Assembly (NCBI RefSeq): GCF_035594765.1
Contig: NC_085845.1
Span: 167,478,897 to 167,542,896 of the forward strand
DNA from: Anolis carolinensis
Lineage: Eukaryota
Direction of reading: 5' to 3'
DNA length: 64,000 nt
Shown here piece by piece: positions 37,866-51,109 of the stretch (positions are counted from its first letter, which is position 1; every line of letters begins with the position of its first letter). The position numbers were made by a program, and so were the translations under genes. The notes under the pieces are model-generated. The model saw only the letters and a list, made by a program, of their open reading frames with translations. It did not search any database and was not told the DNA's origin.

Positions 37866-38098
37866 CCCTGTTTCCCCAAAAATAAGACAGTGACTTACAT
37901 TAATTTTAGCTCCCAAAGATGCGCTAGGTCTTGGTACGTACATTTACCGATCCTGCATGCTCTGGTGTTCTGTTCAGCGGGCATGCTTCCAAACATTTGC
38001 TAGGTCTTACTTTCGATGGAGGCCTTATATTTAGCAATTCAGCAAAACCTCTACTAGGTCTTATTTTCAGGGGATGTCTTATTTTCGGGGAAACAGGG
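37866..38098. mobile_element. pogo/Tigger-like MITE, internally deleted, nested in an L2-like remnant
   Basis: Same TIRs as 5545-5973; TA TSD. Confidence 0.85.
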
Positions 38099-38839
38099 TA
38101 GATCTTCACTTGTACCTTAAATGCAGGCAGCTGATCGAGCTGTAGGAGCTCTACGAGCAAGTCATTCCACAGTCATGGGGCAGCCGATGAAAAGGTCCAC
38201 TGGGTAGTGGTTGCCATTTGGGTTCTGGGAGGCTGGAGCAGACACCCCCCAGAGGACCTCCATGTTCAGGGTGGATTATACAGGAGAAGGCGATCCTGTA
38301 GGTAACCTGGACCCAAACCATGCCTTATACTTTGCCTGAAAACTAATGGGGCGGGGCCATGCCGGGATCATTGGATGGCATTTGTCAGGCCCCGTCCCTG
38401 AAGAGGAGCAAGGGGCCAAAGTCCCATTGTGTGATAAGGTTGTCAAAGAGATACAAATCTTAACCCTTGCCCTAAATCTCCCAAGAGGTTCATATGGCAG
38501 CGCAGGTCTTTCAAATCTTTACAGCAGAAAGTTAGTATTGATGGGTAAAAACAATAAATCTGCTTACTAGAACTCAGTTTTTCCGGTTTTAAAACTCTGA
38601 CATGATTCTTTTTGTTGTATGTGCATTAACAAGATGATCCTTGGGTGCCTTCAAGGATCGCCTTCTCCTGTATAATCCACTCCGACACCTATCACAGGGT
38701 TTTCTGGGGCCGAGACTGTGAAACTTGCCCTGGATCACCCAGTAGGTTTTCATGGCAAAGCAGGGAATTTACCTGGTGTCGAGATCCGTATTCCAATACT
38801 CAAACCACTATGCCATGCTGATTCTTAGCAGTAGCATTT

Positions 38840-39171
38840 ATTTATTTATTTTGTGTCAAAAGCATTGCATAAATAAGTATAAAATGGATTAAATAGAGGA
38901 AGCACAAGCGGCTAAATGATTTTAGACCAAAAATGGGCAACAGCGACCACATTGTAGCTTTAAACAATGTTTCCTCTGTGCATGAGGCAGGGCATTGTGG
39001 GCAAGCATACAGATGCAGACTTGTTTGTTTTTCTCCATAGTCGCACAAGGTGGAGGAGTCTTCTAGGTAGTGCCATTTTGCCAGGTTGCCTTTTGATCTG
39101 CCTACTCCACTTCTGAGTCTATTCAGGGACCTCCAAGTTGCCCATTCTTAGTTTGCCCCTGGAGGCAGACC

Positions 39172-39206
<35 letters not shown>

Positions 39207-39330
39207 ATCCATTTGGGATTTTCTGATTTAGATGCCCAGAGGGATACTCTTGTTGTTGCAGGGGAAACATTTAGAGGAGTGGTGGTTCTCGTTAAGCTTT
39301 TCCTTGATTTAAGTCTACTGGGAGGATAAC
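38840..39330 (-). mobile_element. Vingi/RTE-X-like LINE 3' fragment interrupted by (GT)n at 39175-39204
   Basis: WRSLNRLRSG.GR.K.NL.KW...C..GE.QT..HL..C motif and a short-repeat tail. Confidence 0.7.
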
Positions 39331-41205
39331 CATGCAGTGGATAGCTTTCACAGAGTTCAACCTTATTTCTCTCACAGTTGGCAGCAACTTGACGTCGTAG
39401 ATGGCAGGGGGCAATGCCAGCTGACTTACAGTGTCTATCAATAGGTGTAGGTTTGAGGCATCCTGTGATTATTCTGCATGTTTCATAGCAGTAGCCTTAA
39501 TCTATGTATTAGCATATGTAGTGTGTCATGAAACCACCAGAAGCCTATATTTTCTTGCCAATAATACAGTTCCATTGTAATTACTCAATGTTATTGGTGG
39601 AGTGGCTGTTTTTTTCCAGTCAAAATTTGATTTTTCAGCATCAATCAGTTTTTGTATTTTCGCACTCAATAGAAAGCTAGTGCAGTATAAATTTAGATTA
39701 TTTCATATAGTTTTTTTACTAAAAAGATCAAAGTTGTGAGGCAGAGGGGATATTTTTCTAACCAGGCTGCTAGATAGAGAATATAAAGAGATGGATGGGA
39801 TGGAGCTCATGGCAAGAGCTCTATAAAACAAATTTGGTGATGTTGGGTCAAGATTCAAGGAAAGAAGTTCTGGCAATTTAAGATTTAATGTAGAAATAAA
39901 AATATGGCCATCCCAAATGACTGACATGATATGTTAAAAATTATGGGTTCTCAAAAAGAATGTGATTAATTGAAGCTTTTCTTATGAAAAAGTATTCAGC
40001 TTTGATATTAGAGTGCTTATAGTTAAAGAACATTTAGATAACTGAAGGCATTCTGAAATGTGTTTTAAAAAGACAAAAGATAAGATCTTTAAGGAGAGGA
40101 TTTCTCCATAGAATAATCTTACATTTCCTTATCTTGTAAGGAAGTTTTGGACTTAGTCCTCATAAATAGGAATATTTATATTAGGCTTCATGTGTTGCAA
40201 CTTTGACAGACAAAATAAAAACAATTCATGGAGAGTTGGACATGCAGGATCTTACTGAGTTTAATGTGGAGCTAAATTAGGCCACTGAAACCTGCAATTC
40301 TATGAGCAATCACCAGAAAATAAGCCTGGCTGAATTGTGTTTTGAGTAAATACAGTCATATTAATGGGCAATAAAGTCTTTTTAACTTCAAAAGGATTTC
40401 AGTGTGCCCAATTGTCACTGAGGTCATTGCAGGTATTGGGGTTTTGCCTTCCTGTACCATTTCAGAGGAAGGAAAGAACCAATGAAATCACCTCTGGATT
40501 TTCTTTCCCTAAGAAAACCCTATGAAATCCATGGGGTTGTCATAAGTTGACAGGCAATTTGAAGAAACACAAACCATGAATCAAAGACTGTGTGACATTC
40601 TTGTCTGCTGGAAGCCAAGAGTATAATGATCTCAATAGTGCATTTATTGGTTTTTTATTTTATTTTACACATTTAAATGTTACCTTGGTCCCCTGCCAAT
40701 GAAAGCTGGTCACTATGGCTAATAACTTTATTTGATTTATGAGACATAAAACATTCTTAATGTGGAACAGTTCTTTTTAAAAAAAGTAATATCATGACAA
40801 CATGCTGAGTATGGAATTTTGGGAGTCATAATCCAAAAAACTAATGCACCCAATGTGTTCAAGATGACTACTCCTTTTGGCTCATACATTTAGCAGGGTC
40901 TCGATAGAAACAACCTGGGGCATTTATTTGGAATGCATCTTCTTACCACATGAAAACTTGCTTGTAGTTGTACAACATGACTATATAATCATTCAGACAA
41001 TCTACAGTGTTCCCTTGCTACTTTGCACTTCATTTTTCACTCCCTCACTGTTTTGTGGGTTTTCAATAAATCGTAATGTAACCATTTATTGTGGTATTTT
41101 CCCTGTTTCATGGGTTTTTGCAGTGTGCAAAGGGTTTTGGAAGGGGGGGGGAAGGGTGAAATAATGGGAGAGCGGGGCGGGTAGGGAAGGGTTGGAAATA
41201 AAAAA

Positions 41206-41651
41206 GGGTTGTTGTATGTTTTCCGGGCTGTGTGGCCATGTTCCAGAAGTATTCTCTCCTGACGTTTCGCCCACATCTATGGCAGGCATCCTAAGAGGTT
41301 GTGAGGTATGGAGAAACTAAGAAAGGAAGGTTAATATATATCTGTGGAAAGTCCAGGGTGAAAGAAGAACTCTTTGTCAGTTGTAAGCCAGTGTGAATGT
41401 TGCAGTTAATCACCTTAATTAGCATTGGAAAGGTCCATCTCCTGGCTTTTCCTGCCTGGGGGCATCCTTTGTTCAGAGTCATTAACTGCCCCTGGAACTC
41501 TTCTGTTTTCAGAGTCTTGCTTCTTATTTACTATTCTGATTTTTGAGTTTTTTAATGCTGGTAGCCAGATTTTATTCATTTTCATGGTTTCCTCCTTTCT
41601 TTTGAAGTTGTCCACATGCACAGAGAAGCCATTGAAATTCACAAGCATGTG
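41206..41651 (-). mobile_element. Penelope-like element 3' fragment with the C-terminus of the GIY-YIG region and an inverted 5' piece
   Basis: HVDNFKRKEETMKMNKIWLPALKN on - strand; REAIEIHKHV on + strand at 41620-41651; terminal repeat with hammerhead motif. Confidence 0.8.
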
Positions 41652-42384
41652 TGTATGTGGAGGGGAGTTGTGCAGTAACGAAACACCAACTATAGGAAAT
41701 CAATCTTAGCCTTTAATTTTAGCATTCTTCAAAATGGGAAAAATCCTCGAAAAGTTTGCTAAAGTTCAGTTTTTTCTAAAGCATATAAACTGAAACAAGA
41801 ATGTATAACCTTCTGTATTTACATAAAACTTCGGTGACTGGCAAAGAAAAAAAAAAAAACAGTGTGAAGACAGCATCTTATAATATAGAACAACCCCACT
41901 ATACATATTCATCAGAAAAATAATCCAGATAGTAAGAAATTAACATAAAATTAGGGGCGAATATTTCCATGTAAATGAAGCTCTTTTACCAGCTGTTTAC
42001 CAGCTTTCTAACCTTCTGGCAATGTGTCTATATAGCTGGTTTGGAAAGCAAATGAATGTCTTTATCTTTTTAAAAGTTTCCTTTTTCTCCAGTTCCCCAT
42101 CCCAAGTAGCTGCTGGCATATCTCAAATAACATAATGCACAATATGCCTCTGTGTGTATATATACTATTACTTTCTATCCACTGAAGCATTCTCTAGAGG
42201 AATCCCAAGCAATCATCTAGTCCAGCTCCCATTTCTACCAAGCACAGCACTATCAACATGATTATTACATGTGATTCAAACATTTCCTATCTATGCATGG
42301 TTGTCTGAATCTAGTTTATGATTATTTTGGAATTAAGAAAGCTGAAGCTGAATTGCAAACAGTCACTTCAATCTAGCATGCAGT

Positions 42385-42467
42385 TTAGCCCTCAGTCTTC
42401 TGTATTATACACAGTCCTTCAAACCTGCTTGATAAGTGCAGCCACAATTCATGGATGAGCATCTTGT
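42385..42467 (-). CDS. Weak candidate terminal exon (DKMLIHELWLHLSSRFEGLCIIQKTEG*)
   Basis: In frame with the 48206 donor, but the polypyrimidine tract is poor. Confidence 0.2.
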
Positions 42468-43596
42468 CTGAAGTACAATCTGTTTCTTTCTGTGTTCCCA
42501 GTTCCAGTCTACCCATCACATAACAGGATTGGGCAGCCCAGTTTATGTACAGGACAGTTTTGCCCCCATGGATTTTCCTGAGGCCCAAAAAGGTTTTTTT
42601 TTAAAGATAAGCTAGACAAGTTTATTTATCAGGTTTGTGGCTTAGTGAGATGATTCTTGCAAGGTTTATGCCAGTCTGATATTGGAGTTGAGAATGTTTT
42701 GTATTCTGACTTGGCATTTCTTGGAAAAGTTTATGATCCTGAAAGATAGAGATAAAAGCAATACCACTTTGAGATTTGCGAGATGCTGTCTTTCTGAGAA
42801 ATCAGGCTTGGCTCTGGGAAAGAGAGAACTTGCCAGAAAAATGTGTATGTGGAGAGAGAGGCAGACAGAGATACAATGCTTGCCTTGTTTTTCTCAAAAT
42901 ATCACCAGGAGGCGGAATGAAAGGTTGAAGCTGAAAATCAATTTTCTACAAAGATAATCCACTCATAAAATTGTCGTGTTACTTCAGACTCTCTGATAGT
43001 GAGCCATGGGGAGTGGCTGCTTGTAACATTTTGCCAGAAGTCATAGACAGTCTCCCCACAACGACATAGCTCTGTGAGCAACTCTGATAAAAATTACTCA
43101 CATTTTATAAACATATCGTTCATACTTTCCACTTCATGCTATTTTCCACTTTTGGATGAGTACACCTGCAGCTGATCAAGAAGTTGGTTTCTACAGATAT
43201 TCCTCCACATTCACTGGGGTTAGCAGCTCAGGACTTCTATGAAGATGGAAAAATATATTTAAAGAAATTTGTATGTGAGAAAACACCTCTTCAGGAATCT
43301 CTAGGCCCTCTACTGTGACTCTACAGTAAAATTTCACCAACACTGACCACAGAAACATGCTGGAGGACCTACAAACACAAAGAGAAGGGATATTTGGGTC
43401 CTCCTGTGAAATTCTACTTTTGGCAGGCTGACCATAGAGTCACCCTGGAGGACCTAAAGATTCTTAGAGAGAAAATATTAATTACATCTGTGAATGATCA
43501 AGCAACACCTGATTGCGTAAAGGTTGGGTTTGATCATTAAAGTGATGAAGTTACAGGTGGTGCTTGCTGATCAAACATCCGTGTGAACAACATTTG

Positions 43597-45461
43597 TTGT
43601 TGTTTATTCATTCAGTCGCTTCCAACTCTTTGTGACCTCAGGGACCAGCCCACGCCAGAGCTCCCTGTCAGCCGCCGCCAACTCCAGCTCCTTCAAGGAC
43701 AAACCAGTCATTTCAAGGATAACATCCATCCATCTTGCCCTTGGTTGGGCTCTCTTCCTTTTTCCTTCAATTTTCCCCAGCATCAGTCTCTTCTCCAAGC
43801 TTTCCTATCTTCTCATTGTGTGGCCAAAGTATTTCATCTTTGCCTCTAATATCCTTCCCTCCAGTGAGCAGTCAGGCATTATTTCCTGGAGGATGGACTG
43901 GTTGGATCTCCTTGTGGTCCAAGGCACTCTCAGAATTTTCCTCCAACACCACAGTTCAAAAGCGTCTATCTTCCTTCACTCAGCCTTCCTTATGGTCCAG
44001 TTCTCACATCTATAGGTTACTACAGGGAATACCACTGCTTTAACTATGCGCACCTTCGTTGCCAGTGTGATGTCTCTACTCTTCACTATTTTATTGAGGT
44101 TGGTCATTGTTCTCCTCCCAAGAAGTAAATGTCTTCTGATTTCTTGGCTGCAGTCTGTCACTGCCTCCACGTTTTCTCCCTCTATTTACCAGTTATCAAT
44201 CAGTCTAGTTCCTATAATGTTGGTTTTCTTGATGTTTAACTGCAACCCAGCTTTTGCACTTTCTTCTTTCACCTTGGTGATAAGGCTCCTCAGCTCCTCC
44301 TCACTTTCGGCCATCAGAGTGGTATCATCTGCATATCAAAGGTTGTGATGACTCATGGGCCTTGTAGTCCTGTTCCTAGTACTATTGTGGCAGACAAAGA
44401 GGAAAACATGGGATTTTCGCCGGTTCAGCCAGAGCCGGAGCCTCTCCACCTGCAGGATGTTGACGTTTGCCCTCAAGAATTCAGCCAAACAGGCCTTGGG
44501 CAGAACTCCCCCCCGTTTTCCCGGAGGGACAATTATACAAAAGATAGAGGAGTTAGGGAGGCTAATCGCAGAAGCCTGAGAATCGCTGCCAAACAAATGG
44601 CTGATTAGGTCTGCTTCCCTTGGGAAACTCTAAGGAGTCGTGCATCTGGACAGAGTTGGGTTTCGCTTCTCGTTCTCTAGGAAAAGAGTTCTGTTGGCGG
44701 GAAACCGAGACCTAATATAGGTGTTTGTCGCAAGGGAAACTTTGCGGAGTCAATTGATCAGCTTGAGGAGAGAGATCGTGTGTGGACTTCGTAATCCCTG
44801 TTCCCTGCTTCCCGGATCAAGTTTCAAGTCTAGCCTTGTCTCACGGTTTTTGCCACGGACTTTGTTCATGCTTCATGTATGCCTCGTTTTAAGTCTTGGA
44901 TCAATTCAATAATCAAGTTTATTTCCAGCCTTGTTGTCTAGCTTCATTGGACTATAAAGACTTTGTTATTTCCCCACACTATTGCTTGGCAAGGTGTGTG
45001 TTTCGGTCAAGTGGATTACAACTTTGAACTCTAATATCTTATATTGGACAATACATTTCTGGACTATATTTGGCCTTATCTGAAAGGTCTGCTTCTGAAC
45101 TATATTCTTCACTTGTTTTTATTGATTTTATATATTTCTTTAATAAAGATATTAGATAGAGACTGGCCTCTGTGTAAGGTTATTGGTGCTCTGCAGCCTG
45201 GGTTCTGACAAAGGTTGTTAATGTTTCTTCCAGAAATTTTAACTCCAGCCTTGGATTCATTAAGCCCCACATGTCACATGATGTGTTCTTCATACAAACA
45301 AGTTGAATAGGTAGGGTGAGAGGATACAGCTCTGCCGTACTCCTTTCTCAATCCTGAACCAGTCTGTTGTTCCGTGGTCTGTTATTACTGTTGCTACTTG
45401 GTCAGATTCCTCAGGAGACAGACAAGGTGACTTGGTATCCCCATACCACCTAGAACTTGCC
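43597..45461 (-). mobile_element. BovB (RTE) LINE, 5'-truncated, interrupted by a solo LTR
   Basis: EK.LMLGKIEGKRKR...RWMD and EIRR.LLLGR..M.NL.KI.KSRDITL.TK motifs; (caa)n tail; 10-bp TSD acaacatttg at 43587-43596 and 45462-45471. Confidence 0.9.
44344..45210 (+). mobile_element. Solo LTR (Gypsy-like, 867 bp)
   Basis: TG...CA termini, 5-bp TSD AAGGT, AATAAA at 45142; the BovB sequence is contiguous across the insertion. Confidence 0.85.
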
Positions 45462-47319
45462 ACAACATTTGGAAATAATTATTAAGAATCTGTATCATTT
45501 ATTTTGAATTGTGGACTGGGTACCTTTATGGGAGTGTCTGCACAATCATTGGTCACACAAGCATAACAGAATGGACATGTGAGTTTCATCCTCCTAGTTC
45601 TGACTATTGGCAAAGATATTAATCTAAGTAACCTTAGATTTCTGGATCTTTGCCAGTTGTTTTTGTGCTTTCTTTTTATTCATGTTTCCTTCTCGATTTA
45701 TATCTAATCTTGTTCAAAGGTGCCTGCAGTTGCATACAATGCCAATAGGAGGTGCTGTGGTTTAACTGTGATGGAAAAAGTCAGACCAGAGGATGCATCC
45801 GCTTGCTTTCTAATGTGAATTGCACAACAGACAGGCTCTGAAGAGGGATCATTCCCAACCTTACATATAGAGCCAGATCTACTGTTAGGCCCCCAGCAGC
45901 GCATTTTGGCATACCAATAAATGCCAGCAAACTGTCAATTCTTTTGTTTTATTTCTATTGCTATGATAGCAAGATAAGGACTGAAGGATTTAGGCTTTCT
46001 GCGTCAGTCGCTAAAATAAATACTGTGTGTGTTTCCCTCGCATAGAGAGCATGCCAGCATTGTGTTCGTTCTCTCCTCCAATGCAGAATCTCTGAGACGC
46101 AAATAAAGAGATCAGAGCGCTTTTGGTTTATTGTTTTTCCTTTTCCCTCTTGAATGCTGAGAACAAATATGGCTGTCAGAGTGGAGCAATACAAAGGAGC
46201 CGATAAGCATGCACTGCATTTTACAAGAACAAGGGACACAGCGCTTTCTTTGAGCTCCAAGAAAGATGGCGAAACAATTCCAGGAGGAGGGAAGGAGGGA
46301 GGGAGAGAAAACAGCACTGTCAACAAGGTGAAATTAATGAGGAGAGTGGAAATGGAATGGAATTCGTAGCTGCTGAGGCTCAGTGCCTGACATACACTTT
46401 GTTGTTTTCCTAACGGTTACACCTCACTCGTATTCAGCTCTTTCAAGTTTCATGAAATCTTTTAAAACAAAGAGAGGAGGCAGAAAGCACAAACAAACAG
46501 ACATTTGCCACAAAAAAAATATTCCACATAGCAATGCTCCTGCTTCCTTGGGTTGAGATTCGGCAGCACAAAATCCCATCTCTCACATCTATGGCAGGGC
46601 TTGCATATTTATTTATCCTTCTAAAACGCTCTTTTGAACAACAAAATGCAGGCTCTTTGCTGCTAGGCCAAGATGTTTGTAGCCTTGTTGGGTTCAAATA
46701 ATGAGCAAAACAGTATGCTCTTTGTGTTCTCGAAGGCTTTCATGGCCGTAATCACTGGGTTATTGTGAGTTTTCCAGGTTGTATGGCCATGTTCATCAGG
46801 AGATAATGCTTCTGGAACATGGCCATACAGCCCAGAAAACGCACAGCAACCCAGTATGCTCTTTCTTTACCAAGCATTTAAAACTTGGAGGCTGTATAAA
46901 GATTGAGAAAATGATGTAGGCTTTCTCTCAAGCTTACAACCTAGAACATCAGAGTCATGCGTTCCAATTTTAAATTCTGAGGCAAAGAGATGATACAACA
47001 GACTTTATATTGCAAAACAAGATCCGCGAGTAGCATGAAATAATGAGAAGTGCTACACCAAGATATAGATTGGTTGGACTTTTATAGGATTTCCAAGGAT
47101 ATTTCACGACTTCAAAATTCTTTCGTTCCCATGCCTTCTTTCTTTTTATCCTACACATGGAACCATTTGGTCAGACACTTATCAAAACAGCAAACAGCAA
47201 ATGTCCATCTATCAAAATCAAACTGAAACAAAATGCCATCTCTGACTCCTACATCTAAGGCCACTTTCTCCAAATAATATATTGTCTGCTAGTGTGACTT
47301 TCCTGTGCCAGTGACTTTT

Positions 47320-47376
47320 AATAATAATAATAATAATAATTATTATTATAATAATAATAATAATAATAATAATAAT
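47320..47376. repeat. Compound (AAT)n/(ATT)n/(AAT)n microsatellite
   Basis: Direct observation. Confidence 0.9.
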
Positions 47377-48205
47377 TTATTTGTAGACCGCCCTGTCTCC
47401 CCAGAGGGACTCATGGCAGAGGGACTCATACATATAAATGGCAAACATTCAATGCCACAATTTCTTCATTAAAATCAAAAGTATAAAATGACAATAACAT
47501 ACACATTATAATAAAATTCCACATTAGAAAAAACAATAAATTTAAACATGACATCTTTTGCATCTCTAAGGAATGTAATGGGCTGTTTATTGCTGGTATT
47601 TGGTGGTGTTTATGGCAAACTCTTCTTATTGATCTTGTCTAACACTTAAGAAGACTATTTATTTAATAAAACTATTATTAATACCATTGCTATTTATGAA
47701 TCAAATTAAATCAAATTAAATCAGACCCCTTCTGCCCCTTCACCTGTATTCCTTTTCATTAGACTTCATGACTGGAGCTGATGGGAGTTGTGATACAGTA
47801 ACATCTGGAAAGCTGTAGTTTCTTCTGTTTAGTCAGGATAGTGGGGTTTGAATTTAGATACAAGGTTTGTGGGTATGATGTCTGACTTCCAAAATGTTCT
47901 TTAACTTTCCCCTACCTCAGAGCAATTCTCTTTATCCCCAGTCCACATGGTAGATAATCAAAAGTGATGGGGGTTGTCATTCGATAACATCTGGGGACTC
48001 AAACTTGGTAAAAACTAAAAAGACCACCATGTAAAAAGTTATAGTTGGCTCTCTGTATCCACATAGTCTTCTTCCATGGATTCAACAGCCTTTGAAGGCA
48101 ATCATAAGGCTAATGTGGCCCTTCATGAAAATGAGTCGGTCACCCCAGACCTAGAAGATAGGATAAAAATGCAGAAAGCAACTCTGCTCTCTTTTTGATT
48201 CACAC

Positions 48206-48334
48206 CAGCAATGGTGCCCCATATCATTGAGTAGACTAAGATCAGTGGCAAGTAGGTGATGGTGATGGACAGGTTGGCATTTTGCATGACAACAGTCATG
48301 ACGCTGCTGCCTGGGGGATACTGGGAGTCGTGGT
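48206..48334 (-). CDS. Internal coding exon of an unidentified, probably membrane, protein: DHDSQYPPGSSVMTVVMQNANLSITITYLPLILVYSMIWGTIA (may extend to 48151)
   Basis: Acceptor ttttaccttttcag; donor CTG|gtgtga, or TAG|gtctgg at 48151. Strong third-position G/C bias in this frame and a hydrophobic TM-like stretch. All + strand frames are closed. Confidence 0.55.
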
Positions 48335-49443
48335 CTGAAAAGGTAAAACATACAAGCACTGGTGCGAAGACAGAATTGTGTGTTTTCCATATCCTGCCCT
48401 GATTTCCCAGAACTAGTGTGCTGCCCAACCCTGTGGGAAGTAGTTTTACCTGTCAGAGGTTCTAAAATAGTTTTAAATTGCTATTCTGGATGGCTTCTGT
48501 CACATTGGGAGTGGCGGGGGCATCATCATGCTGTTTCATTGGGCTGTTATGGACTGGCACTAAACTACAGGACAACCTGACAGTCAGTTGAGGCCGAAGT
48601 GTCCCTCCTTGGGTGACAGATTGCCTCCGCCAGCATGATAATTGGGGCAGGGTTCAAATTGTCATTGTGCTTTGAGCTGAGCAGTTAGAGACTGGTACTT
48701 TTTGATGCATCAAGAAAAATACCAGTTCTGCTGTATTTTCTAGGAGGCAATTTGGCTGATGAGTGATTGGAACCAGGTTTAGCAGCTTCAAGAAGGAGAC
48801 TCCTTCACCTTCGCAGGTGCTTGATGCGCCTTTCATTTCGACCCTTTCCCTGTCTTCTGGTGTTTCCATTCAGCGCTGAGCCGCTTGTCAAAAGAAACAT
48901 GGCAATTAGAGATGAAAGATCCATGACAGAGATCATACATCAGTTGCTCCCAGTCATCTCTCATTGCTTTTAACCACTGTTTAACAAGTCTCTGGGCGAT
49001 ATTAATCATTACAAACAGGGGTTGACCTAATTGTCGGGAAACTGAAAAATCTCATTGTCAGAACACAGCGGAAATGATATTCACTCCCTAACCTTTGGGT
49101 ACTGAATTAACTGCTACCAAGAGGCTGGAATCGCAAATAGACTCCGTTCAATTACTGGCACCTGGGAAGAGGGCAAATAGACTGTTAGGGGTTCTAAACT
49201 ATGAAGGGGACATATTGGATCTGCAATAAAATGTTATGGCATAGAATATTCCTTTTCAGGAGTCAGCCATGCCTTTTCCCAAGATATTCCATTCCATTTT
49301 CCAACCATTTTAACTGCTATGGTTCAATGCTGTGGAATCTTTGGAGATAACGATCTGCAAAAATCTTTGTTCTACCCTGCTAAAGAAAAGAACAAAAAAA
49401 GAACGTGCAAATTCGAGGATTCCATAGCATTGAGTCATGAAAG

Positions 49444-49725
49444 TTTTTTTGTGTGTTAGGAGCGACTTGAGAAACAGCAAGTTGCTTCTGGTGTGAGAGA
49501 ATTGACTGTCTGCAAGGACGTTGCCCAGGGGACGCCCGGATGTTTGATGTTTTTATCATCCTTGTGGGAAGCTTCTCTAATGTCCCCGCATGGAGCTGGA
49601 GCTGATAGAGGGAGCTTATCCGCACTCTCTCCGAGTTGGATTTGAACCGGCAACCTTCAGGTCAGCAATCGAACCTTCAAGTCAGCAGTCCTGCTGGCAC
49701 AAGGGTTTAACCCAGTGAACCACTG
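49444..49725 (-). mobile_element. Sauria-type SINE
   Basis: Homolog of 10316-10579. Confidence 0.8.
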
Positions 49726-50433
49726 AGTTTTCCATGTCATGGCAGTTAAAGTGGTGTCAAGCTGCATTAATTCTACAGTATAGATGCACCCTGAGTTCAC
49801 TCCCAGAATGCTGTAGTTGTGAGTTGCTATCAAGCCGGGTTCATCTTAAGATGGGCTCCTGAAATGAGAGACCTCCAAAATGACCTGTCATCAGCACACT
49901 TTCAGTATATAGTATACAAAGCAATGCAGAAACTAGTGTAGTACCTTTTCCACAATTGAAACCATATGCACTAGTCAATAGCAGTGCATTACACATGGCT
50001 CTGATTATTTTGTGTCAGAAAAAAGTACACTAAACAGAAGATCTACATCCCATTTCGACAAAAACAAGGCTTAGAAACCTGATACTTTTGGATTTTGTTT
50101 TTGTTTTTTTTTTAAATGAAAGACAAGACACTGAGAAAGCTGAATGTTGTATGAGTTTCTGCTCTTGCAGTTGTGGAATGACAAAATGTGTGATGTTTGT
50201 TTACAGAAGAGGGCTGTGCCTTTCTCTACTTGCCTCCCTTTTTTTTCTTTTTCACTGAAGCTGCACCTGCCAAGAATCCATGTCCAACCATGTATGCTAT
50301 TTGTATTGAATTAGACCGAGATGGTGGGTTTGCATTTCATGTCTCACCAGCAGCCAATTGCTGGTTAAACATTCATCAAATTCTCCCTTGGGCCATGGCT
50401 TCTGACCCACACATTTTGCTTCTGTTTGTTTAC

Positions 50434-50511
50434 CAGATAAATGGAAGAATGTGCCCAGAGGCTGACAACCTCCCAGAGAGTGGGCAAAAATCTGTGAATG
50501 TGGTCTAAATC
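50434..50511 (-). CDS. Candidate exon of the same unidentified gene (GFRPHSQIFAHSLGGCQPLGTFFHLS)
   Basis: Acceptor ttcttttttaaatgcctatcag; donor CTG|gtaaac; 78 nt, phase 1-1, compatible with neighbouring candidates. Confidence 0.3.
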
Positions 50512-51109
50512 CTGATAGGCATTTAAAAAAGAACACTTCTAATAGATAGTATTTTAATACTTATAATGAACAGTGCTTCTTTAATAAACCAATTGGCAAA
50601 ATATTTAAAAAGTACTTGAAAAGATCTGGTCATTGTCCTTGTTATATCACCTCCCGCCTATATATTTACGATCATGTATGCCTTCCAGGGACTGGTAAAT
50701 GGTAGCAAACAACTCTCAGCATCTCCAGCCAGTCATGTTGGCTTGGATGATGGGAGATAGAATAGTTGGAAGGGAATGAAAAAGTCATCTCATCCCACTC
50801 CCTGCCGGATAGAGACTACATCAAAAGCCCTTTCAAAATCCAAGTACCCAATATTTCTGGATCACTGCCAAACCTGTCTAATATTGTATCAAGTATTACT
50901 GTTAGTATGTATTGTAGAAAGCTTTCACGGACAGAATCACTGAGGTGTTGTGTGGTTTCCGGGCTGTTCTAGTAGCAGTAGTTACTTGTGATTTCTATGA
51001 TTATTTTTATAAGAAATGAAACCTTTCTGTGGAAAATGTATCCACTGGGAAATTTCCACCCCACATTATCGTTCGGCCTTATGCAGTCTGGATTCTGACA
51101 GAAACAAAT

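Noticed and set aside
39431-39500. Minus-strand exon candidate GYCYETCRIITGCLKPTPIDRH with a strong gtaagt donor
   Set aside because: The acceptor is poor and I could not place it in a consistent model.
48209-48342. Plus-strand exon-like signals (cag ... AAG|gtaaaa)
   Set aside because: All three + frames contain stops; the codon bias supports the - strand frame.
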